A stretch of 64,000 nt of DNA from contig CAYOBO010000001.1 of the NCBI GenBank assembly GCA_964402295.1, positions 99,016-163,015 on the forward strand, given 5' to 3'. Made by a program: the position numbers and the translations under genes. The notes under the pieces are model-generated. The model ran no database searches and was not told where the DNA came from. It worked only from the letters and a program-made list of their open reading frames with translations. This document shows, in pieces, positions 9,600-16,486 of the stretch (the stretch's first letter is position 1; the number at the start of each line of letters is the position of its first letter). This DNA is from an uncultured Candidatus Solibacter sp. GTDB taxonomy: Bacteria; Acidobacteriota; Terriglobia; Bryobacterales; Bryobacteraceae.

Positions 9600-11099
9600 C
9601 TAGCGGTCCCGGTATTCGCCGAAGACCGCCCGCAGCCGGCTGGAGATTTCGCCGATGGTGGCGTGCGCTTCGGCACAGGCCACAATGTGCGGCATGAGAT
9701 TGTCCGTGGAACGTGCGGCGGCTTCGAGAGCGGCCAGGCGCGCCTCGACCTGGGCGGCGCTGCGCGAGGCGCGAACGGCGCGCAGGCGTTCCACCTGCTG
9801 GTGCTCCAGAGCGGGATCGAGTTGGAAGGTAGGGATGGAGGCTGCTTCGGGGGCCGCGAAGCGGTTCACCCCGACCACGGTAATTTTACCCGATTCGACA
9901 TCGCGTTGATAGAGATAAGCCGCGTTCTGGATCTCCGACTGGAGAAAGCCGGACTCAATGGCGGCGAGGGCGCCGCCCATGGCATCGATACGGGCGATGT
10001 AATCCCAGGCTTCGCGGGCGATTCGATCCGTCATTTCCTCAATGGCGAAGCTGCCGCCGAGGGGATCGGCGACGTTGGGAACACCGGTTTCATAGGCGAT
10101 GATCTGTTGGGTGCGGAGGGCGAGGCGTACGGATTCCTCGGTGGGGAGCGAGAGAGCTTCGTCGCGCGAGTTTGTGTGTAGGGATTGTGCTCCGCCGAGA
10201 ACGGCAGCCAGCGCCTGTAGGGAGACGCGGACGAGGTTGACATCGGGTTGTTGGGCGGTGAGGGTGGAGCCGGCGGTTTGCGCATGGAAGCGCAGCATCA
10301 TCGATTTGGGATTTTGCGCGTGGAAGCGCTCTTTCATGAGGGTGGCGTAGAGGCGGCGAGCGGCGCGAAACTTGGCGATTTCCTCGAGGAAATTGTTGTG
10401 GACGTTGAAGAAGAAGGAGAGTCTGGGGGCGAAGTCGTCGATGGCGAGACCCGCGGCCTGCGCCGCTTCAATGTAGGCGATGGCGTTGGCGAGGGTGAAG
10501 GCGACCTCCTGCACACAGGTGGAGCCGGCCTCGCGGATGTGATAGCCGCTGATGGAGATGGTGTTCCACTCGGGGACGTTCGCGCCGGCCCAGGCAAACA
10601 GGTCGGTGACGATGCGCATGGCGGGGCGCGGCGGGTAGATATAGGTGCCGCGGGCCACGTATTCCTTGAGAATATCGTTCTGGATGGTGCCGTTGAGGCG
10701 GCGGACGTCCGCTCCCTGGCGTTGGGCGGTGAGGACGTAAAACGCCAGCAGGATGGCGGCCGTGGAGTTGATGGTCATGGAAGTGGAGACCTTATCGAGG
10801 GCGATGCCTTCGAAGAGGAGCTCCATGTCGGGAAGGGAAGAGACGGCCACTCCGACGCGGCCCACTTCGCCGGCGGCCAGCGGATGGTCGGAATCCATGC
10901 CCATTTGGGTCGGCAGGTCGAAGGCGACGGAGAGTCCGGTGATGCCTTGGGAAAGCAGGAAGCGGTAGCGCTTGTTGCTTTCCTGGGGGGTGCCGAAGCC
11001 GGCGTACTGGCGCATGGTCCAAAGCTTGCCGCGGTACATGCCGGGGTAAATCCCCCGCGTGTAAGGATAGTTGCCGGGGAGTTCGGGCCAATCCGCCAT
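9600..11099 (-). CDS. methylmalonyl-CoA mutase family protein, catalytic (substrate-binding) subunit only
   Basis: 499 aa with mutase TIM-barrel motifs ([60 protein letters not shown]). The ORF ends before any B12-binding domain. Confidence 0.9.
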   Translation of the reverse strand: MADWPELPGNYPYTRGIYPGMYRGKLWTMRQYAGFGTPQESNKRYRFLLSQGITGLSVAFDLPTQMGMDSDHPLAAGEVGRVGVAVSSLPDMELLFEGIALDKVSTSMTINSTAAILLAFYVLTAQRQGADVRRLNGTIQNDILKEYVARGTYIYPPRPAMRIVTDLFAWAGANVPEWNTISISGYHIREAGSTCVQEVAFTLANAIAYIEAAQAAGLAIDDFAPRLSFFFNVHNNFLEEIAKFRAARRLYATLMKERFHAQNPKSMMLRFHAQTAGSTLTAQQPDVNLVRVSLQALAAVLGGAQSLHTNSRDEALSLPTEESVRLALRTQQIIAYETGVPNVADPLGGSFAIEEMTDRIAREAWDYIARIDAMGGALAAIESGFLQSEIQNAAYLYQRDVESGKITVVGVNRFAAPEAASIPTFQLDPALEHQQVERLRAVRASRSAAQVEARLAALEAAARSTDNLMPHIVACAEAHATIGEISSRLRAVFGEYRDR

Positions 11100-11102
11100 G
11101 GC

Positions 11103-11387
11103 TTAATTCCGGTTGATCTTGCGTGCGCGGAGGAAGGAAGTGACTCCGAAGTAGAGCATGATGGCGGAGAAAGATCCGGTCAGGAGCATGCGGAAAGCGT
11201 CCTGGTCATTGTAGGCGCGCCATGCCGATGGAATGGGGAGGATGCCGAGGCATAGGAAGATGAAGCCGATCATCTCGTTCCAGAGAACGCGGATGGGTTT
11301 CACGACTCCGGGAACAACGTGGTCGATGAATTGTTTGACTTTGCCGGCCATGGGATTGGGGGTCTCTCCAATGTTAGCAGGGCTCAT
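11103..11387 (-). CDS. small membrane protein (94 aa), function unknown
   Basis: Its stop lies 3 nt upstream of the mutase start, so it is probably co-transcribed. Two predicted TM helices (MIGFIFLCLGILPIP, LLTGSFSAIMLYFGVTSFL). An alternative start at ATG 11351 is possible. Confidence 0.5.
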   Translation of the reverse strand: MSPANIGETPNPMAGKVKQFIDHVVPGVVKPIRVLWNEMIGFIFLCLGILPIPSAWRAYNDQDAFRMLLTGSFSAIMLYFGVTSFLRARKINRN

Positions 11388-11452
11388 CTATCTCACGGGT
11401 TGCCGGTAATGCGCCGCAGACTTCTGCCGATAGAGGAGGTAGAGCACGAAAG

Positions 11453-11770
11453 GTGCTATGCTGGGAGCGTCCGGAAAGGCGATCAAAATTGGACGAGAGA
11501 CTTCGAGATCTAATGCAGGAGCTGGGCAACGCGATCAACGAATCGTTATCGGAATCGGATCGCATCGCTGAAGCCATCGGCGAAATCAAACGTTCCGGCT
11601 ACGATGTGTTCCTTGTCTTGGAGGCAACGATCGGATTCAACAAGCGCGAGGAGGAAGAAGAGGCATCCGTTATGGAAACCAGCTTCGATGCATCCACCCG
11701 CATCAAATGGACGAATCAGGACCACAAGTTTTTGAAGGCCCTGAAGATTTCCACGGAAGACGAGCGCTAG
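11453..11770 (+). CDS. hypothetical acidic protein (about 93-105 aa)
   Basis: Coding-like codon usage and an amphipathic/acidic sequence (LRDLMQELGNAINESLSESDRIAEAIGEIKRSGYDVFLVLEATIGF). Start uncertain: GTG 11453, or TTG 11489 preceded by GGAAAGG. Its 3' end overlaps the convergent glycosyltransferase stop by 4 nt. Confidence 0.4.
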   Translation: MLCWERPERRSKLDERLRDLMQELGNAINESLSESDRIAEAIGEIKRSGYDVFLVLEATIGFNKREEEEEASVMETSFDASTRIKWTNQDHKFLKALKISTEDER

Positions 11771-12795
11771 CCGCGCGAGTCATCGAAGTGTCTTCCCAAT
11801 AGCTCGGTGTAGGCCTGCCAGGTTTTTTGGGCAGCTTCTTCCCAGGTGTATGATCGGGCACGAGCGAGGCCCGCATCGCGCAGCTTCCGGCGCAACTCGT
11901 CATTGGAAGCGAGCTCTTGCAATCCCGCGCGGATTTCTTCCGTTTTACGTGGATCCACCAGGAGCGCGGCGCCCTCGCCGACCTCGCGGAGTGCCGATCC
12001 ATTGGATGTGAGTACAGGCAGTCCGTGAGCCATGGCCTCCAGCAACGGGATGCCGAAGCCTTCATCGAGGGACGGAAAGGCCAGGATGCGGGAGGTGCGG
12101 TAGAGTTCCCGCAGCCGGCGGTCATCGACGTAGCCGGTGAGCTCAATGCGCTGCCGCGCCGGGCTATCGGCGATTCGCTGCAAGATGGCTTCGGCGCCGT
12201 AGCCAGCGGATCCGGCGAGCACCAGCCGCCAAGGGGAGGGCATGGACTCGAAGGCTTCCACTAAGCGCTCGATGTTTTTGCGTGCCTGCACCGCGCCGAC
12301 GTGAAGCACAACGGGCCGGCGGGTGGCATCCGGGGATACGGGGCCGGTGGGCGGATGGACTCCGTGCCAAACCACGCGCAACTTGCTTTGCGGCACCCGT
12401 AGGAGATCGCGCACCTGCGAGGCGGTGAACGCCGAGACGCAGATGATGAGATCGGCGCGTTCGGCGGCATCGCGGGCCTGCCTGGCGAAGCGTGTGCGGA
12501 ACTCCGGGGTAGAGTACTCGCCGGTGAGCACGAAAAGATCGTGAAAGGTGACAACCGATCGTCCGTGGCGGACTTCCGGCAGGCGCTGATTGAGGCCGTG
12601 CAGGAGGGTGCAACGCGGTGTCCGGCTCTCGAACAGCAGGCGGCGGCGGCAGTTGGATGGCAGACGCTCCCGCAGGGAGCGCAGAAAGCGGTGCGGACGA
12701 TAGCACCAAAGGAACTGCTGCCCTGGATGCAGTCTGGCTAAGGCATGCAGCAGCTCTCGGGAATACACACCCACGCCGCTGAGGTTGGCGCCCAA
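11767..12795 (-). CDS. glycosyltransferase family 4 (GT-B, glycosyl transferase group 1)
   Basis: Typical GT4 features: GVGVYSRELLHAL near the N-terminus and a C-terminal EGFGIPLLEAMAHGLPVLTS motif. The tracked start is TTG 12795, but the same frame stays open upstream and encodes the expected first beta-strand (see finding). Confidence 0.85.
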   Translation of the reverse strand: MGANLSGVGVYSRELLHALARLHPGQQFLWCYRPHRFLRSLRERLPSNCRRRLLFESRTPRCTLLHGLNQRLPEVRHGRSVVTFHDLFVLTGEYSTPEFRTRFARQARDAAERADLIICVSAFTASQVRDLLRVPQSKLRVVWHGVHPPTGPVSPDATRRPVVLHVGAVQARKNIERLVEAFESMPSPWRLVLAGSAGYGAEAILQRIADSPARQRIELTGYVDDRRLRELYRTSRILAFPSLDEGFGIPLLEAMAHGLPVLTSNGSALREVGEGAALLVDPRKTEEIRAGLQELASNDELRRKLRDAGLARARSYTWEEAAQKTWQAYTELLGRHFDDSRG

Positions 12796-12796
12796 G

Positions 12797-13777
12797 CTAT
12801 AGGTCGCGTCGATTGCAATAGGCGTACTCGGGGAGATGGGTGTCCTGCGCTCCGGGATTTGGTGAAATAATCCCCATATTCTCGCACAAGGACTGGGCGG
12901 CGGCGCTGGTCAGGTCGTTGATGGCGACCGTTTCGGTTTGCGGGAACCACGCGGCGCCATAGCGCAGGCGGAGAGAACTGCGAACGGCGCTGGAGGTGAA
13001 GTGCTGGAACCGGCGGCGCAGAATGGTGAGCAAGAGTTCCACATCCTCATACTGAGCGGCGGGCAAGCTCAAGGCGAAGCGGTTCTCGTCGAGCCTGGCC
13101 AGGCACCCCGTGTCGCCCGGGCCGGCGCGCAGAATATCCGCCGCCTCGATGAGGGCGAGTTCGCGCTCGGCCTTTCCGTAGGAGTGCGAAAGCTGCCGCA
13201 AGCCATCGAGTTCCACCATCAGGCAAGCAATGGGTTGGCGTAACCGGCGGGCCGTTGCCAAGTCTCTGCCGGCGAGAATTGCAAAGCCGGCTCGATTGGC
13301 AAGGCCCGTCAGTTCGTCTCTCCACGATGCCGTCCGCAAGTGGCGAACGGTTTTGTTGCGCTCCACAGCCAACCGTAGGGCCCGAGCGAGCGGGACGCTG
13401 TCCAACTCGTTCTTGGCCAGAAAATCCTGCGCCCCTGCACGAACCATGCTCATGGCCAAATCCCGGTCGTCCAGTTCGGCCAGGATCAGAACAGGAACGG
13501 AAGGGGCGCTCGTCTGCACACGCAGGAGGGAATGGAGTCCGACACTGTCTGGAAGGTTCGGATTGAGAAGAATCGCGTCAAACTGCTCCGCGCCTTCATC
13601 GGTGAGGAGCGTTAAAGCGTCGTTGAGGCGGTCGATGGGAAATATCTCGATGCCATGCATCCAACCTCCCGTGAACCGGTTCTCACCGAAGTCGGCAAGA
13701 AGTTCCCGCACCCAATGCGAGTCTTGTGCATTTCCGTCTATCAACAGCACTTGCAGGTTCCGGTCCGGCATGTTCAT
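12797..13777 (-). CDS. response-regulator-like protein: atypical receiver domain plus degenerate GGDEF domain
   Basis: CheY-like N-terminus (LQVLLIDGN, VPVLILAELDD, AGAQDFLAKNE), then a GGDEF-type fold (RDELTGLANRAGF). The GGDEF position reads RLDENRF and the phospho-acceptor position reads ILLN. Start chosen at ATG 13777, which has a GAAGGG RBS. GTG 13783 is also possible. Confidence 0.8.
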   Translation of the reverse strand: MNMPDRNLQVLLIDGNAQDSHWVRELLADFGENRFTGGWMHGIEIFPIDRLNDALTLLTDEGAEQFDAILLNPNLPDSVGLHSLLRVQTSAPSVPVLILAELDDRDLAMSMVRAGAQDFLAKNELDSVPLARALRLAVERNKTVRHLRTASWRDELTGLANRAGFAILAGRDLATARRLRQPIACLMVELDGLRQLSHSYGKAERELALIEAADILRAGPGDTGCLARLDENRFALSLPAAQYEDVELLLTILRRRFQHFTSSAVRSSLRLRYGAAWFPQTETVAINDLTSAAAQSLCENMGIISPNPGAQDTHLPEYAYCNRRDL

Positions 13778-13827
13778 CTGCACCCTTCGATAATTGGTGC
13801 GCCGGAGGAGAGTAAATTCTCAAGGAT

Positions 13828-14859
13828 TCAGGAAGCCAGTTCGTATTCTTTTAACTTCCGGTAGAGGGTGGTGCGCCCGATGCCGAGGAGAGTGGCAGCC
13901 ACGCCACGGTCACCGCGGGTGTATTCGAGCGCCTGACGGATGGCGCGCTTTTCGAGTTCCACGAGCGGCAGCACCGGGGATTCCGCGTAGTGCGCACTTG
14001 CCGCGATGGGATGGATTTTGTCGGCCACCGGAGGCGCCATTGGGGGAAGCGCCTGGAAGGAGCCCACGACGGCCGCGGCGGACTGGTAGCGTTTGCTCAA
14101 CAGGTGATTCTGGATGCTGGAGGGGAGATCGGAGACCGTCAGGAGTGGTCCGGTATGCACGGCGACCATGTTTTGAATGCAGTTCTCGAGTTCGCGGACA
14201 TTGCCCGGCCACTCGTAGGAAACCAGGGCATCGATAGCTTCCTGGGCCATGCGGTGCACGCCCCCGTAGATGCGCATGAAATGATCGATGAGGGCGGGAA
14301 TGTCTTCCCGCCGTTCGCGCAGGGGGGCGATCTTGAGGTTGACGACGTTCAGCCGGTAGTACAGGTCGCGGCGGAACGTGCCGCGCTCGACTTCCTTCGC
14401 CAAGTCCCGATTGGTGGCTGCGATGACGCGAAAGTCGGAACGCCTGGGGGAAAGAGCCCCAACCGGGCGGAACTCCTTTTCCTGGAGCACGCGCAGCAGC
14501 TTGGCCTGCATGTCGAGGGGAAGCTCGCCGATTTCATCGAAGAACGCGGTACCGCCGTTGGCCGCTTCGATCAGTCCGGTTTTCATGTTGACGGCGCCGG
14601 TAAAAGCGCCCTTCACATGACCGAACAGTTCGCTTTCCATGATGGTCCCGACGAGCGCTGAGCAATCGATGGTGACGAAAGGGCCCTGAGGGTTCGCCTG
14701 ATGGATGGTACGTGCAACAACTTCTTTACCGGTTCCCGTTTCCCCTAAGATCAGCACAGGCCAACGACTGGACGCCAGTTTATCGATTAGCCGCAGCAGT
14801 TGACGGGTCCGTGCGGACTCGCCGACCAGTACCGGCTGTTTGTCAGCTTTGGAGAACAT
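13828..14859 (-). CDS. sigma-54-dependent transcriptional activator (AAA+ plus Fis-type HTH) with no N-terminal sensory domain
   Basis: Walker A GETGTGKE, the sigma-54 contact loop GAFTGA (VKGAFTGAV), Walker B FFDEIGEL, WPGNVRELEN, and a C-terminal HTH (AATLLGIGRTTLYRKLKEY). The AAA+ core begins about 10 residues after the start. Start at ATG 14859 (MFSK), preceded by GGAAGGA. Confidence 0.9.
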   Translation of the reverse strand: MFSKADKQPVLVGESARTRQLLRLIDKLASSRWPVLILGETGTGKEVVARTIHQANPQGPFVTIDCSALVGTIMESELFGHVKGAFTGAVNMKTGLIEAANGGTAFFDEIGELPLDMQAKLLRVLQEKEFRPVGALSPRRSDFRVIAATNRDLAKEVERGTFRRDLYYRLNVVNLKIAPLRERREDIPALIDHFMRIYGGVHRMAQEAIDALVSYEWPGNVRELENCIQNMVAVHTGPLLTVSDLPSSIQNHLLSKRYQSAAAVVGSFQALPPMAPPVADKIHPIAASAHYAESPVLPLVELEKRAIRQALEYTRGDRGVAATLLGIGRTTLYRKLKEYELAS

Positions 14860-15129
14860 TGAAAGATTCCTTCCACCAAGAAAACGCTGCCACCTGAGCG
14901 GAGGCACAATAATCGTTAACGACAGTTTGCACTCAATGAATGCTGCTGTTCCTTATATGTAGTGCTGCAACCGAAGAATTAATCTAACGCGGAGTGCATG
15001 GTACGGCAATACCGCTTGGTGCAAAGTTGGGGAACTCTTATGAGGTGGGTGGGTATACCCGCATTGGGGGGAGTATGCCATTGGGTAGTGCGATTCGCGT
15101 CTAAATTACAGATAAAAAGCGGTCTATGT

Positions 15130-15279
15130 CTATTCTTCGGTGTTCGGAGGCTTCTTGTGCTTCGGCTTTTTGCGGAGATTTTTTGGTACTATGACCTTTT
15201 CCGGCGGTACTATGCCGATGACGTTACGGGCGATGCGGCGAACCTTCTTACCCGCACTCGGTGTTTTGCGGGTAGGCAT
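15130..15279 (-). CDS. possible highly basic microprotein (49 aa) translationally coupled to the EVE gene
   Basis: Its ATG at 15279-15277 shares the A of the EVE stop (TGATG), and AAGGA lies 8 nt upstream. Product: MPTRKTPSAGKKVRRIARNVIGIVPPEKVIVPKNLRKKPKHKKPPNTEE. No family recognised. Confidence 0.35.
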   Translation of the reverse strand: MPTRKTPSAGKKVRRIARNVIGIVPPEKVIVPKNLRKKPKHKKPPNTEE

Positions 15280-15689
15280 CAGATTTCCTTGCCGGGATAG
15301 CGGGCGCGCATCCAATCGACGAACGAATCCGGGGCGGCCATGGTGGAGAGACGGGACTGCCGAACGAGGCTCCAATCGGCGAAGAGGTTCGAACGTTTGA
15401 TCTCGGCGAGTGTAGTGGGCGGGGAGAGGTGGCTGGAGAACTCCACATCGACGATGGCTGATTTCGGGTTTTTGGGGTCGTCGCGGGGCGGTGAAACAAC
15501 GCGCATGAGGCCTACGATGGCGGACTCGCCGCCGCTGTGGTAGACGAAAACCACGTCTCCGGGCCGCATGGAGCGGATGGCGCGGACAGCCTGCGGATTG
15601 GCGACGCCGTCCCAGGCGGTTCGTTTGTCCTTTTCCAACTGGCCGATGGTGTAGGTGTCGGGATCGGTCTTGGCGAGAAAATAGGCCAT
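15279..15689 (-). CDS. EVE domain protein (PUA-like fold)
   Basis: 136 aa starting MAYFLAKTDPDTYTI, with WDGVANPQAVRAIRSMRPGDVVFVYHSG and IVGLMRVVS, the characteristic EVE pattern. Start moved to ATG 15689. Confidence 0.85.
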   Translation of the reverse strand: MAYFLAKTDPDTYTIGQLEKDKRTAWDGVANPQAVRAIRSMRPGDVVFVYHSGGESAIVGLMRVVSPPRDDPKNPKSAIVDVEFSSHLSPPTTLAEIKRSNLFADWSLVRQSRLSTMAAPDSFVDWMRARYPGKEI

Positions 15690-15845
15690 GCCTCTATTCT
15701 GTTCCAAACGGCCTGCCGAATGAAGAGGGTAAGGTGGCGCTTGGACCACAGGCAAAGGCGTAGCGGATTGCCCCGTCGTATACTGAAGGGATGGGGTCCC
15801 GGAGGGGACTCAACCAGTGGAACTGCATTCGATCCAACGAGGACT

Positions 15846-16469
15846 ATGTCAATGAGACTTCTCTGCCGTTTTTCGATGGTTTCCCTTCTTTTCTTCGCTG
15901 GATTTGCGGCCAGCGCCCAGCAGAAGGAAAAGGAAACGAACGACCCGAGGAGAACGCCGGAGGCGCAGACGGCCGCGTTTGGCGCCGCGGTCGACCCCAA
16001 AACTTACAAGATCGGGGCGGAGGATATCATCCGAATTGTGGTTTGGCGTGAAGCCGAGTTGTCGGGGCCGATGATGGTGCGTCCGGATGGCAAGATCACC
16101 ATGCCGCTGATCGGGGAGTTGCAGGCTGAGGGCCTGACTCCGGATGAGTTGGGAAAGGCCGTGACCGAGGCATTGAAGGACAAGCTGACGCGGCCGGAGG
16201 TTTTCATCCAGGTTCAGCAGGTGAACAGCAAGAAGTACTATGTTACCGGCGAGGTGAACCGGACGGGCTCCTTTCCGCTGGTCACCCCGATCACCGTCTT
16301 TGAAGCCTTGGGAATTGCCGGCGGGCTGAGGGAGTACGCCAACAAGAAGAACATCGTCATAGTGCGCGGCAATGAACGGCTGAAATTCAACTACAACGAA
16401 GTCGTCGAGGGGAAGAACTTGAAGCAGAACATCACTCTGCAAAACGGCGACCACATTATTGTCCGGTAA
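15846..16469 (+). CDS. polysaccharide export protein (Wza-like: Poly_export plus SLBB)
   Basis: Signal peptide MSMRLLCRFSMVSLLFFAGFAASAQQ. YKIGAEDIIRIVVW, then VRPDGKITMPLIGELQAEGLTPDEL and LQNGDHIIV. Confidence 0.88.
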   Translation: MSMRLLCRFSMVSLLFFAGFAASAQQKEKETNDPRRTPEAQTAAFGAAVDPKTYKIGAEDIIRIVVWREAELSGPMMVRPDGKITMPLIGELQAEGLTPDELGKAVTEALKDKLTRPEVFIQVQQVNSKKYYVTGEVNRTGSFPLVTPITVFEALGIAGGLREYANKKNIVIVRGNERLKFNYNEVVEGKNLKQNITLQNGDHIIVR

Positions 16470-16486
16470 GAGGCATTGGAGGAACG

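Noticed and set aside
14876-14892. Sigma-54 promoter-like TGGCAG-N5 element on the minus strand just upstream of the activator gene
   Set aside because: The -24-like TGGCAG is present, but the -12 position reads TCTTG instead of TTGC(A/T). It also sits only about 15 nt from the start codon, so it is not a credible -24/-12 promoter.
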